Under the pieces are notes generated by a model that was given only the letters and a program-made list of their open reading frames with translations, was not told the origin of the DNA and did not search any database. The position numbers and the translations under genes were made by a program. A DNA stretch of 63,849 bases, filler included, from Choristocarpus tenellus KU-1152 (Eukaryota; Protista; Phaeophyceae): NCBI GenBank assembly GCA_964200185.2. It is 13 parts of 13 records of this genome, joined end to end, with 100 filler letters (N's around TTAATTAATTAA, not from the genome) between each part and the next. Parts side by side here need not be neighbours in the genome. Positions count along the whole stretch, not along the records: positions 24,602 to 27,585 come from CAXNAD020023149.1; positions 27,686 to 32,205 come from CAXNAD020014180.1; positions 32,306 to 35,695 come from CAXNAD020020358.1; positions 35,796 to 38,323 come from CAXNAD020027035.1; positions 38,424 to 48,904 come from CAXNAD020002900.1; 8 more parts are not named here. One strand, written 5' to 3'. How positions within the stretch are numbered: the stretch's first letter is position 1; every line of letters starts with the position of its first letter. Below, one piece after another: positions 26,197 through 39,405 of this stretch.

Positions 26197-26597
26197 CTGT
26201 GCATTGTACCATTGCCATTGCCATTGCCATTGCCGTTAAGTTCAGTTCAGTTCAGTTCAGTTCAGACCATACCATTGGGAAACAGAGAAAGAAAAAGAAA
26301 AATCAGACTGGAAATAATAAAATAATAATGGTATGCAACAATAGTAGTAGTAGTAGTAGTAAGAAGCATCAACAGCGTGATCGGAGAGAAAGGGAAGGGA
26401 GAGAGTTATTAGCTTGCACGGGAAGCACGCCCTACAGATCTATCAAGAAGACAGTGTTGACGCCAGGGGGGGGGGGGGGGGGGGAAAGCACCAAAACCCC
26501 ACAAGGGGGAGGCGAAAACAAAAAAAAAGGGACAACGAAACCGTCNNNNNNNNNNCCTCCCCGTCCTCTGCACCCACCGGAAAAAGAAAAAAAGAAA

Positions 26598-26632
<35 letters not shown>

Positions 26633-28295
26633 ATAGCTCTAAATATCCAAAAGGAGTAGGCGAAATCAACAGAAGAGGGTACTCGATAGCGTCTGAAAGC
26701 TGCACCCGTTGCGTTGTCCATTAGTCAATTAGTTTCCTGCCGCGAGGTTCCTCTTGATTTGCTTAGGTAGGGTTAGGGTCAATTAGTCAATTACTTTCAA
26801 ACAACGAGAACGGCAATCAAGAGAACAGCACTCACCACAACAATACAATAGTAAATAAAATAAAAAACAACGGACTAGTACCCCCGAGATTCGATTTCTC
26901 AGCCAAGAAGAGCTTGTTTCTGTTGATTCTTCCATGAAAAACATCACAAATAATAATAATAATAATAATAACAATAATAAAATTATCTCACGGGCAGGGC
27001 ACACACGGAAGGCAAGCACTACTACTATTCCATTCACGATACACTTGACAAGGTCTGTTATACCTCTATCGTAACCACGAGGAGGTACTTCGAACATTCA
27101 GATACTTCCAACAGAGACTTGAAAAACGATGGGAGAGAGAGGTCCCCTACCCCTCTTTAAATAGAAAAAAAAAGGTAGGAAAGGTTTTTAACAAAAGCTC
27201 TCTTGAGGCTTGAAGCTCAAGACGTTTAAACCGCCCCCTCTTCATCAATAATCACTTGGTGCTGACAAATGAGGGGCCATTTTCGATTGATTACGGTTCT
27301 TGTGTGAGTGTGGGGTGCACCAATTGAATCGCCCCCCCGGAGGTTGTTCGATTCATGCACCTCCGTTGGTGTGGTGAGTCTATACCTTTAGATTATAAAT
27401 TAGAGTGTACATGGAGGTATTTGCTTTTTGTAGGCAATTGATTTCATCAGCTAGTGCTTGGAAAGTGGTTTAACTTTTTTTGTTTGCAGTGTTAGACGGT
27501 GTGTGTGTGTGGGGGGGGGGGGAGGTCACCTCTGTCACACTATGTTCACTGGTAGCGCCTAGAAGAGACAAGACTTTCCCAGTATNNNNNNNNNNNNNNN
27601 NNNNNNNNNNNNNNNNNNNNNNNNNNNNNTTAATTAATTAANNNNNNNNNNNNNNNNNNNNNNNNNNNNNNNNNNNNNNNNNNNNCTGTTCTACATAATG
27701 AGGAAATAATCGAGTTATTTACACACACAAGTCTTGGGAACACCAGTTTCTTTAACAAGGGGTATGCTTCCTGTTCCCAAAGTATCACTATGAGCTCAAC
27801 CCCTTTGGGCTTGTGTGGGGTCGAGCTAAGCACTTTCTACGACAGCATTGTACCTATTCTTTGGACGGACTAGGAAAAAGGTTCCTTAGGCACCCAGCAC
27901 ATTCGGAATTCCTGGTGCCAGATGGAGACAAGAGTTACATTTACATTTCGGATTCATTCCTTGAATCGTTCGTTTGGTTGGCGTTTAGGGTTAGACCTAA
28001 CCAGGTATATATTAATCAAGTAATAGTACATCTGTTGCCATTCTTGGTGGCCTACAATCCAGGGTTCGAACCCCAATATGAGCGCTCTTTCTTTAACGAA
28101 ATAAAAATCCGAAAATATCACGAAGCCCCTACTCTGGAGGGCCTTGTGACGGGCATCATGAATATGCAATTGTTTTTAAATCCAATGTCTACATCAAAAG
28201 TTATGACGGGACAACCCCTGAGGCGTAAGTTATTGGTACCACTATTTCCTCTTAAATGCTTTGCCTTTGTCACTGCCTATATTTACCAATCATAC

Positions 28296-28567
28296 GAGTC
28301 AAATCAATTGAGGGGGTAATACCACGTCCGTTCGGAGCCATAAATCCAATGTTGCGATTTTGATTCATTTTAGCGATCGTGTTTGTTAGCAAGTATTAAT
28401 ATCCTTGCTCTGGACACAACTTTCACAGTCCTATGCATTTTATCTACTCCAAAATCCGAAATGTTCACAGAGAAAACCGAAAAAGGGAATGAAATACCTG
28501 TGGGAAGCCAAGCCCCGAACGGACAAACAGGGCCAAAACTCCTACCCTCTCTTCTATGCTTTGGTTC
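28296..28567 (-). mobile_element. MITE subfamily B
   Basis: Degenerate TIRs; 4-bp TSD ATAC. Confidence 0.82.
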
Positions 28568-28589
28568 ATACCGTAACAGGGAGGTGAGA

Positions 28590-29560
28590 TCCATGTTATG
28601 ATGTGTTGCGTCACTGGTTGCCCATAGTTGCCCATATCACTTTGATCTCGTTGGTGGCCTTTCCTTCCAAGTTCGCCTCCACAACACGAGTGCACATATT
28701 CACGAACTGATTCCAAGTAACTGTACTGTGGCAATTGATCATGTAGAGCCACTTTCAGATGGGATGCTCTTTCCATTGGCACGTCTTGCATGTACTTTCG
28801 ACACAAGAACTTTTATAACTACCTTCTGAACCACCCGTACTCTGTTCATGAGGGGCTCCAGGATAGTCCTACCACTCACTTGCCACATTGTATATGCACG
28901 TATCTTTGCAACAAGAAGAAGACGATTCGACATTTGTTGTCACCCACGTATGTTCAGGGCGTGGATTAGGACTGACGAGGAGGATATCTACACAAACTTC
29001 AGAGAGAGGTTTGAGATCGAGGCATTGTCTGAACCAATACACTGCCTATTGACATGCGTCAAATGGAGACCCTTCTACATCATCAAGGCACACAAAGGTT
29101 TGTCAGAAATCTAACCACTTTTTACGTTCAAAGTGCATGCAAGAAAGGAGCACACAAAGGGTCGAGGCATTCTATAGCACCAACCCCCCAGTGTTCCAAT
29201 AGTGTAATCCTCGCTCACAACATCACACTCACGGTCTCTTCATCCTCTGCCATATCGGATAGGACCTATGTTTGCAATCATCACATAACCAGTGACCTCC
29301 TGGTCCAGCACTTGAGGGAGAACTGGAACAAAGTACACCCAAGGACTATTGTTCACAACAATGGCCAACGCGCATGTGCCTTGTCATTTCAACTTCTGTG
29401 ACAAGGGCAAAGGACGTGGCTCCAAAAAAGTCAACGTTGCACACTCGAGAGCGCTTTCAAAATAATGGACTTCCTTCTGTGAGTTTCTACAAAGCTATTC
29501 GGTCCTCCAGTATGCTTTCCCTACTACACCACACCTCACAGATGCCCTCCTCTCCCACCA
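28590..29560 (+). pseudogene. Old Ty1/Copia RT-RNase H remnant
   Basis: Eroded motifs in correct order across frames: LVAH, LWQL, GLQDSP, FVVTHV, FRERFEIEALSEP, TIVHNNGQRACAL, TRAK..LHTRER. Confidence 0.55.
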
Positions 29561-30807
29561 CCAAAGTGCAAAACAGTTGGTTGTTCTTAATCTAAACTCT
29601 TAACACTTATCACATCCCCAAGGTGTGAGAGGACAAGGGAGAAAGTATCCAAGGATCCGGTATTGATTGGGTGTATGCAATACCTCTGAGTGTGTTGTTG
29701 ATACCGTACTTCTGGGTGGGACGCTTTCTTGTTGGTGCATGGGTCCAAGAAGTGCATGTCCTAGTTCAAATTGTGCAATGTTATTGGATCATGGGGCATG
29801 ACAGTACTGTTGCTCTCCCACACTGTGATGCCAAGGACGTGTTTCCGGACACTGTACTTGGAAGGACCACAAGGAGTTTTCTCTTTTCACATTGATTTCT
29901 TCGCCCCCTGTCCTTTTTTCTTCTATCAAGGAAAAGACACAGAATGGAGGAGTATGTTAGACTATAATATACCTGATAAGCAGGGATAATTTTTTGACAT
30001 ATTTTTCTTTTGAGAGTCGAAGAGAGAGGATTCCGAATTCGGACTCTGGGCAGAAGACACGTGTTTTGGTTGGGGTCAACAACACTTTCATTTGCCTAGT
30101 GTTGGGTGATGCCGAGGGATGCTGCCCGTTTAGGCCAGATGTGGAAGATTATTATAAGATGTCATTTACAGACAGCAGCTGCTGTTGTCCGTGTGTCCTC
30201 TTGCAGCAACGTTCCTGGTCACGGAGGAATTCTGTGCGTTTCATCGCCAAAGATCTGAGCGTCTCGGTCTTGATATTGTGTCTCTTGACTGTGTCAGGCA
30301 CTCCAAGCTGGTAATTTATTATAACCCCATCCTCGAGGAGTTTTACATCGGGAACAATGCTTGCAAGGATCGAGTTGTACACCTGATGAGTATGTTCCAT
30401 GGTGCTAAGATCTATCTTGATCAATTCAAGGAGGATCTCTTGTCTTGGAGATCGGGTGTGGATGGATGTTTCTCTTGAGATAACTCTTCCCGCAGTGCTT
30501 TCACAATACTTCTTGTATTCACCCAAGAACCAAGTAGGTAGATCGTTCCGTGTGTACCTGTATTGTTTCCCCTCGCCCTGTCCATACTGATCGACAAGCA
30601 TGGAGTAAACTAGGTGAAGAATTTGGTCAGTCTTGGATTTCTTACAAGACCGAAGTGTACTTCGATTTGTTGGTCTGCCAACTCCTCTCTCTTCCTAAAG
30701 AAAGAGCTACGAAAGTTGAGCGTATCTGTTGTGTGGGCTTGGGTGTAGTTTTTGTTATGTCTCATGAATGCAAGGGAGGGTGGGCGCGGTGCTATCATTC
30801 CGGATTA

Positions 30808-30986
30808 GGCTCAAAGTATCTGGGGTGGTGGTGGCTGTCCATTCGGACCCCACCTTTCCATATCGCAATTTTTGGGTGATTTGGTTGCATGCGTCAGATG
30901 GATGATGTAAGCGCACTTTTTTCTGGTCAGGGCCCGAATGGACACCCTGGTGTAGACCCCCCTGCCCCCCTCAGATACTTTGAGCC
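30808..30986 (+). mobile_element. MITE subfamily C
   Basis: GGCTCAAAGTATCTGGGG ... CAGATACTTTGAGCC; 4-bp TSD ATTA. Confidence 0.9.
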
Positions 30987-31064
30987 ATTAAGTAAGATGT
31001 CAGAATCGTATGCATATTGTGTAGTGGTCCATCTATATAGAACCAGCGTTTTATGTATCATTTT

Positions 31065-31322
31065 GACCCAAAGCATTTAAGAGGGTAGGAGTTTTTCCCT
31101 GTTTGTCCATTCGGGGCTTTGCTTCTCACAGGTTTCTCATGACCTTTTTCGGTTTTCTGTGTGAACACAGTCACCTAAAATGTATAGGACTATGAAAGGT
31201 GTGTGCGTAGCAAGGATATTAACACTTGCTAAGAAACACAATAGCCAAAATGAATCAAAATCGCAACATTGCATTTATGACCTCGAACGGATGTGGCCCT
31301 ATCCTCTTACATGCTTTGAATC
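31065..31322 (+). mobile_element. MITE subfamily B
   Basis: GACCCAAAGCATTTAAGAGGGTAG ... CTATCCTCTTACATGCTTTGAATC; TSD TTTT/TGTT imperfect. Confidence 0.85.
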
Positions 31323-32769
31323 TGTTTGATACAGTGTGCGTAGCGAGACAAACGCATGTATGATAAAAATGTGGAAAAATAATGCACCGCGTTATCAGAT
31401 GCAGGGGCGCTATTTTCAGTGTATTTGTGATATGTTGGATGAAACAAATGTAATGAGAGAACCCAAACACATAATCAATGTAAATGTGGTAAAATGATTT
31501 GTCGTGTCGTTAGACAAGACACATCACAATGCTGAGAGTGCATGATGTTGAGATTCGCACACCATTTTGTTCTTTGGATACGATAGGGACTTACATGTGA
31601 ATGGGGACGTGGGTAGTGGGAACGTATTGGGTATAGCAATAGGGAAATCGAATGTAGTATTAGGGTAAGGGCTCAACGTATAAAGTTATGTGCTTTGAAT
31701 GTATGGTTCTAGGTGGCACGTATCGATGAACCATTTGTGAATCTTCCTGATTTTTTGTTCTATGATTCAATTCCATACTGGACGGATTATGTATGCTATA
31801 GATATCAGTTATAGGGGTGGTAGTTGTGCTGGTGTTTAGAGTATTGTGGCATTTTCGTACATCTTTGGTGAAGGCACTGGTGTGTTAACGCATTAAAAGC
31901 TGAAAGGTTGAGAATAGATTGGAGTGTTGTGGTGGTTCCTCAGGGTGCTGTGATGACACACGAGTATAAATCAGTGGTATTTGTGTGTCTGGTTTAGTAG
32001 GATGTATATACCAATGTGTAACATTTTTGTGGTACGAAGAGGTGTATTTTTTTTGTTGTCTAAATGATCCTTCAGTACTATCAAGATATTGGTTCCATAT
32101 ATTTGGTAGAAGTGACTTGTGCGTGGATTGTACAGGGGGTGTACCCATATAAGAGAGGGTAGGGGCAAGCGAAAAACATCTCTTATATCCCGATCCTCTC
32201 TTATTNNNNNNNNNNNNNNNNNNNNNNNNNNNNNNNNNNNNNNNNNNNNTTAATTAATTAANNNNNNNNNNNNNNNNNNNNNNNNNNNNNNNNNNNNNNN
32301 NNNNNCTTTCCGCGCACCATTTTGGGAAAAATCCATCCTCCATGAAATGATCAATCCGCCATTATCTCGATCGGCTGTTCTATGCAAAAGAGAGTTCCAA
32401 TAATAGTCTTTGCTATATGTGGTATGGATGTATTTATTAGCGGAGTGAGCACATCCCCCGAGGTGTGGAGGAGTACTCTGCCTCATTATCTATTGTGCAA
32501 GTCAGCAGACATATCAAAATGTGCTTGCCTCAGTCATACTATTTCAAATATCAGTCATACCGCGTAAAATATGCGTTCGTCAGTCACACTACTTCGTTTA
32601 TCCCTCGTCAACCACTTTCATTGAGTAATATGAAATCAATCTACCGAGATTCAAACCTACTACCCGAAGCACACGGAAACAAATCGTTGACACTTTCTCC
32701 ACTCAGTCAACATTTTGGTCATTTCGTGCTGGTCACTTAACACATAAAACCGTATACACTACTTAGACT

Positions 32770-35695
32770 ATATTGCACACTCCCCCAGGTAGGTCCATCC
32801 CAGGGTCCAGTGGTGTAGATGTTATTCGTACTTCCATGGAGCCCATCCCGGCCATGACAGTGCTTTCTGCATATAGGTGTTGGTCCCGGGTGATGCCATC
32901 CTCACCCACAGTGATGCCCACCCCAATCAGTTTGTCCGGTGTACCTAGGTCTCGCCCCTCATACGTTTCCAGCAGTGATGCCCTCATCCTCTGGATCTCC
33001 TCGGTAAGTCCCCAGTGGTGAAGACAGTATCGTCCACGTAGGTAGTGAGGATGGCGATGTGTCCGTCTTCACTCTTCTTGAAGTAGAGGCACTCGTCGTG
33101 TTGGCTGCTTGTCCATCCTTCTGCGAGAATGGTGCCCCTTAGTTCATGATACCATTCCATGGCTGACTGTTTCAGCCCATAGATTGCCTTCTTTGCCTTC
33201 ACAGTGCGGCCATCAGGAAGCTCCAACCAGACGTCCTCCTGCAGGTCTGCGTTGAGGTAGACCTGTGTGAAGTCCAGGGCATCTATGCTCCAACCTCTGT
33301 ACGCTGCGATTGACATGAAGCATTATAGTGTGTCATACCCCACCACCAGGCTGAAGGTTTCAAAGAAGTCCACTCCTACATTTTGGGTGAAGCCACGGGC
33401 CACAAGTCGCGCCTTATAGCGTTCCACCCTCCCTTCTGCAGAGTGTTTGATTTTGAAAACGAATCGTGTCTTGACTACCTTCCTTCTTTGGGGCAGGTCG
33501 CTTCCTGTTGTGGAATCCTCTTCTTCGTCTCTTGTATCCATGTCTTCATCGAGCTCAGACTCCCCCAGTATGTCCAGCTCTGGCTCCCCCACTAGCTCTA
33601 GCAGTTTGGCTTCAGGCTGGAAAGTCACCTGTGCTTAGGCCACCAGCTTGCCTTCCTTTGGGATCCACACGTGCCAGCATAGTGATGCGGTGTCGTGCCC
33701 TACGAGGATCCCCCTCTTCGCGTATGGATGGAACTTGACATTGGTCCCGCGCTGTTGCTTGGTCTGATGCACAAAACACTCCGTCCCGAACACACGGAGT
33801 CGCTCATAATTAAAAGGTTTGTTGGTTAGGCACTCACATGGTGTCTCGCCTCTTAGGTACTTGTGCGGCATTCCTGTGGTCTTGTATGTGGCGTCTGCCA
33901 CTGCAAAAAAACAGAACTCTTCCCCCAGTCCAGCATGTATCAGCTGACTGCGCGCCGCCTGCATGACATGTTTAGTTGCCCGCTCAGCAATCTCATTACT
34001 CTGGGGCGTGCGTGGGGGTGTCTTGCGCCATTTCACGCTCCGCTCTGTCAGCATGCGCTGGAACCTTACTCTCCTCCCAAACTCGCCAGCGCCATCCCCA
34101 CTGATGCATCTCACTACCACCCCTTCTCGAACCATTTCGTCTATGTAGGCAGCAGTGGCCATGGTAGCAGCGTCCTTGGTACGCAGACCTATCACGCGCT
34201 TTTCCCGGCTGGCTTCGTCCACAAACACCTGGAAATATTTCATGCCCGTCACGTCCGGATTGAAGGGTCCCTCCAGCTCTGTGTGCACCACCTCCCCCAC
34301 TGTCTTCGGACTGCAGCCACCCCGTGCGTAACTGAGTGCCTCGGACTTGCACTCCTTGCATACCTTTTAGTGGAGCTCTGAAGCGACTGTAGTATCTGAG
34401 ATATCCAGGAGACCTCATTTCTCTAGGTGCTTTATCGCGAAGGGGTTGAGGTGACCCACGATTTTATGCCAGTCGGAGAGGGAGAGACGCTGTTGCTTAT
34501 TGGCATAGCTAGCATTAATCTTTGCCTGGCCTTTCTTCCCTTTTTTTGCTTGGAACTGGGCCCGCAGCATTACAAAAGCTCCTCTCTCCTCCAAATGGAT
34601 TTAGGCTTCCGCCGTGTTGGGCTGAATGTAGCTCCTCCTAATCCCTGAGTCCACAAATTCACCTCCCTTGCACCGCACGCTGCCTGTGCTAAGAAGCCTG
34701 CATCGTAGACCTGGTACCCAGAGCACGTCGTGGAGTACAATCTTGGTCGGCGAGCCCGTCTCGTTAGTTGCTTCCAGTACCATCTCACCAATTGCTCACG
34801 CGTTCAATGTACCTTTGTTTCCAAATATGCATGTGCGGGTGATAGCTGTTGCTGCAGTGAGGTCCTGCAGTCGAGGGGTAAGGTGTACATTTGCACCTGA
34901 GTCACACAGTAGGCTAATGGTCTTGGACATATCTTGAGATGAGGATAGGAGCACTGCCTCTACCAGCCTATTGTATACGTCCTCCCCCACAGACACATTC
35001 ATGGCCAAGAATGCCCGTGATGAGTCCTGGTGATCAGCCTTGCCTTCGCCTCTTCCATCGCTGCTCCGTTCCTTGGTTGGTGATGGTGGAAATTTTGGCG
35101 TGGCCCCAAGCCCGTGGGGGCGCTTAGCAGGAGGTTTGCCAGCCAAGTATGAGTGGCATTCTCTCCATCTGTGGTTAAATTTAAGGCAGAACGCACATTG
35201 GTTTGAACCGAGGCCACTCCCGGACCCCTGTCGCCCTGTCTGATTCTTTGCTCCTGTGTGGAGCGCCATAGCCCCTGAGCCCCTAGTGGTTTCTCCTGTG
35301 ACCTCCGTGGTCATACATGAAGATGATGAGATGTTGGCGTTCTTAAGCTGGTCATACTTGAAATCCGGAGCTGTTGACAATTGTGCGAACACCTGTGGCA
35401 TGTTTTCCCTCATGCCTATGATTAAAGCCCCTTTCTTGGTGGAATCCTCCTTTGCTGCCTCCAGCTGCTCGTACTCGGTCCAGATATGATCAAGTCGAAT
35501 GACGAAGTCTGTAGCGTCCTACACTGACGAGCAGTGCATGTCGCGCAGCTTCATTTCGAGAGCAATGAGCTGCATGGGCCGCTGAACTGCAGCGTGCCCC
35601 CCATAATTTTGCTCCAACTCGAGCCAGGCTGCCCTCACGTCGGGGCTGTCGTTATTCTCATGTGTGCTGACCACCATCACTGCAGCCGCCCTCGT
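32770..35695 (-). mobile_element. Ty1/Copia internal region (gag-PR-IN-RT), disrupted
   Basis: Zn knuckle CAFCLKFNHRWREC; protease LCDSGANVH; WHKIVGHLN; integrase HTELEGP/SGDGAGEF/NEIAER; RT RYKARLVARGFTQ, IYGLKQSA, YVDD; Copia domain order; stops and frameshifts; RNase H absent. Confidence 0.96.
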
Positions 35696-35795
35696 NNNNN
35701 NNNNNNNNNNNNNNNNNNNNNNNNNNNNNNNNNNNNNNNTTAATTAATTAANNNNNNNNNNNNNNNNNNNNNNNNNNNNNNNNNNNNNNNNNNNN

Positions 35796-35891
35796 AAATC
35801 GGAGTTCCCCCTTTTGGGGTTCCCCACGCGCATATACTGCTCACGCCGGTTAAAGCGTGGGAAGAAATACTCGCGCTATTCGCCTGTAACA
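35796..35891 (-). mobile_element. Start of an LTR related to 12008-12475 / 36807-37188, cut by spacer
   Basis: Shares TGTTACAGGCGAATAGCGCGAG terminus. Confidence 0.65.
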
Positions 35892-36140
35892 GTAGCAGAT
35901 ACGCATGGTTCTCCATCTTCACCAGGAGGAATGGCAAAGTGGGGCAACTGTACCTTGGTTGCAGGGACGTGCTGTAGCTTGGTACGAGGAGGGGTGGGCT
36001 GTGCCAGAGGGGTATGTGGCTACCTGTCCAAAGTTTGATGATTGAGCTAACTTAAAACGTGCATGATTTGTAGTTGCAGGGCCTGTGTGTAATTTTAACC
36101 TTGAAAGTTGCAAGACCGGAGATTCAAAATTGTAAAAGAG

Positions 36141-36397
36141 GAGTCAAAGTATCTTAGAGGGTAGAGCCGCGTCCATTTGGGGGCCAATATCCAATGTTGC
36201 AATTTTGATGTAATTTTGGCTATCATGATTGTTAGGAGATGTAAATATCCTTGTTCCGGACACACCTTTTCATATCATGCATTATATCTACTCAAAAACA
36301 TTTTGGAGTAGGTAAAATGTCATTAAAAACCTGTGGGAAGCAAAGCCCCAAATGGACAAACAGGGCAAAACTCTTACCCTCTAAGATACTTTCACTC
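36141..36397 (-). mobile_element. MITE subfamily A
   Basis: TIRs; 4-bp TSD AGAG. Confidence 0.92.
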
Positions 36398-36806
36398 AGA
36401 GGCATCATAGGCCAGGTTCTTTCCAGGCAGCATCATAACAAATCGCGTTCTCAGTCAACAATGCCATAATATATGTATAATGCAAAAAATGGTTGGAGGT
36501 GGAAAAGAAGGGGGGGTTTGTCTGATGATAGCAGTTGTGACAGGCATCCACCAGTCCATATGTAGCTATAGATACTATTAAGATGTTCATATTACTAGTG
36601 ATACTATTATTCGTTATTACTACAATTATTATTAGCAATATATTGCGAACAGAGTCAAACGGTACTGATTGGCTCTGACGTGTATACATGCTGGTACAAC
36701 AGTGGTTTCCTTCAGGAAAGTAAATGTCGCCAAAAATTGGCCGCCGCACCGATTTTGAGGATCTTGCTTTTATGGAGGTCCAGGCAGCCCGTCACTTGAC
36801 CAATCA

Positions 36807-37188
36807 TGTTACAGGCGAATAGCGCGAGCAGTATACGAGATTCGTAGCACATACGTAACCTCACAGAATAAACGTCAATTCCTCAAAATTGCAGAATAAA
36901 GATTTATTATTGGAGTATATATACAGCAGTTTGCAGACTTCATTCAACTCTTTGGGTGTAGAAAACGGTGGATGACGTTAATAACAGGCTGACTTGTTGT
37001 GACCGCACAATTCAGTACTTTGATCCTTACCTTATTTTGGTAAAGAGAAAAGCGAAACATCGACTGAGCTAAGCATCAACTGACACGATACATGGTCATC
37101 ATCTGTGAACCCCCTGTAGTGTCGTCTTGAGGTCGTTGGATTAGAATTGCACATCCTGTGGAGGTGAGTTCTGGAGCGTGTTGTAACA
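36807..37188 (+). mobile_element. Solo LTR (382 bp, internal deletion relative to the 12008 copy)
   Basis: TGTTACA...TGTAACA; imperfect TSD ATCA/CTCA; AATAAA present. Confidence 0.8.
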
Positions 37189-37566
37189 CTCATACACCAC
37201 CAATGGTGTTGCTGCTGCCGCATCCGATATGTCAAAGTGCGTTAATAAGAGGGATCTATTGGCATTTATAGTTTTAATTTATAATTCTCAACAACTTCGC
37301 AGTGGAACGATATGGCATCTCGGTAAGGAAGCAAAAAGTTTCCTAGATAGTTGGGTACCCATGCCGTAGGGGGGAAAGGGGATGGGGGTTGTTATTTGTT
37401 ATTTATCGTGGGCTGTGTTTTTCACTTTTTCAAACAAAAACTCTAGACCGAAAAGGTTTATCCTGTGTACTAGACTACAACCTCTCAGCTCATGATACAT
37501 CATACATAAATCAAGTAATGAAAACAAGTAGGTCTGTTTTGGAGGGTCTGGACTTGTCAGGGTTTG

Positions 37567-37819
37567 GAACCAAAGTAACTGTGGGGGGNNNNNNNNNGTT
37601 TTTTTTTGGGGTGTTTTGGATTGTGTGGTTTTTGGACAAAGGGTAGTGGGGGGGGGGGGGGGGGGTCTACACCAGGGTGTCCATTTGGCCCATAACCAGG
37701 AAAAGTGCACTTTCATTATCGATCCGACGAATGGAACCAAATCACCCAAAAAACGCGACATTAAAAAATTGACCTCAAATGGACAGCCGTCACCCTCCCC
37801 CCCCCAGATACTTTGAGCC
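37567..37819 (-). mobile_element. MITE subfamily C spanning a small scaffold gap
   Basis: GAACCAAAGTAACTGTGGGG ... CCCAGATACTTTGAGCC; 4-bp TSD TTTG. Confidence 0.75.
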
Positions 37820-38423
37820 TTTGGCATGTATGACAGAAAGAGAGAGACAGAGTAGAGGAGGGAGCGTGGCGTGACTCCATGGGTCATTGAGTACAAGGTA
37901 CATTATGTTGAAGTCAAGGTGTTGTGTCGAACTCTGACCTACATACGAACTATGTCTACTGCTTTCTACTACACGCGATGACAATACTCAGTACTGGTAA
38001 TGTTGCACACATGACCTGATAGGCAGGCAGGTTAATTGCTCACTTTTTGTCTGGAAACGTTTCCCACACCTCCACCCTACCTGTGTGGTTGGACATTTAG
38101 AGGTGGTCAACACCAGTTGTTTATGTGACTTAGAATTCCATTTCCAGCATCTCTTTTTCGTTCTTTGCCTTTCCTTCTTTTGTTTTGTTGTTTTATCTTT
38201 ATCGTCATTGCTGTTCATTTTTCCACATACATGTTAACTTCTACACTGTTGTGCATGCTGCCTTTTGCTCACACAATATCATACTGATTTTTGATAATGG
38301 GTCAAAGTATCTGGGGGGGGGGGNNNNNNNNNNNNNNNNNNNNNNNNNNNNNNNNNNNNNNNNNNNNTTAATTAATTAANNNNNNNNNNNNNNNNNNNNN
38401 NNNNNNNNNNNNNNNNNNNNNNN

Positions 38424-38489
38424 AAACCCGCAAGATGAAAAAATGGCCCCAAATGGACATCCGCCACCCCCTCCCAGATACTCTGAGCC
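38424..38489 (-). mobile_element. MITE subfamily C end (further G-tract ends at 14214-14235, 38299-38323, 52364-52393, 57223-57248)
   Basis: CAAATGGACATCCGCCACCCCCTCCCAGATACTCTGAGCC; contigs repeatedly break at the poly-G of this TIR. Confidence 0.8.
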
Positions 38490-38760
38490 TCTCAATATCA
38501 TGGACCTGTGCTTCTTCAGGTCTTTGAAATGCCGGGTGATGGTGGAGCGGTTTGGGTCTGTTGAGGAGATGGTGAAGGTCATTAAGAAACAGTATGAGGA
38601 GAATGATGAAACCACACTTGAGAGGACTTGGCAGCTCCTTTTGTGGTGTACAATCAAGTACTTTGATACAAAGGGGGGGATGACTTCAGTGTGAAGCACA
38701 CAGGGGTAAGGAAGAGGCAATTGTCTGGTGAGCTTGCAAACATGCCGAAGGTAGGCATGG
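38490..38760 (+). pseudogene. Mariner (DD39D-type) transposase C-terminal fragment
   Basis: LNIMDLCFFRSLK...TLERTW...GG; interrupted at the left by MITE C. Confidence 0.82.
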
Positions 38761-38784
38761 AAGCTTTTTCTGTGACTGATAAAA

Positions 38785-39040
38785 GATTCAAAGTATCTTA
38801 GGTAGAGTCGCGTCCGTTTGGGGGTCAAAATCCAATGTTACGATTTTGATGTAGTTTTGGCTATCGTGTTTGTTAGGGAGTGGCAGTATCTATGTTTCGG
38901 ACACACATTTTCATAACTTATACTATTTATCTACTCCGAAACATTTTGGAGTAGGAAAATGTCTTAAAAACACCCATGGGAAGCCAAGCCCCAAATGGAC
39001 AAACAGGACAAAACTTGTACCCTCTAAGATACTTTCACTC
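38785..39040 (-). mobile_element. MITE subfamily A
   Basis: TIRs; TSD AAAA. Confidence 0.88.
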
Positions 39041-39145
39041 AAAATTGTGATGGATGGGGAGTAATAACAATAAAAGACCTGACCCTGACCAGAAATTCGT
39101 CAAGGATTCCAAATCTGCTTTCAGAAACGAATTTCATCAACATCT

Positions 39146-39405
39146 GAGCCAAAGTATCTTAGAGGGTAGAGCCGCGTCCATTTGGGGGCCAAAATCCAAT
39201 GTTATGATTTTGGTGTAATTTTGACTATCGTGTTTGTTAGGAAGTGTCAATATCCTTGTTCCAGGCCCACCTTTTCATAGTGTAAACATTTTATCTACTA
39301 CGAAATATTTTGGAGTAGGTGAAAGTCGAATAAACCCCAAGGGAAGTCAAGCCCCAAATGGACAAACAGGGCAAAACTTGCACCCTCTAAGATACTCTTT
39401 CACTC
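39146..39405 (-). mobile_element. MITE subfamily A
   Basis: TIRs; 4-bp TSD ATCT. Confidence 0.9.

Noticed and set aside
25432-26721. Long Pro/Gly-rich ORFs
   Set aside because: Arise from poly-C/G and microsatellites in ASNSD1 introns or antisense to its exon
27813-28319. 168-aa plus-strand ORF
   Set aside because: No recognisable motif, it runs into a MITE, and the opposite strand weakly resembles decayed Gypsy RNase H (GFVIFSD..., YIPG); not supportable as a gene
38299-38489. Single MITE C spanning the spacer
   Set aside because: Flanks TAAT and TCTC do not form a TSD; the ends belong to separate contigs
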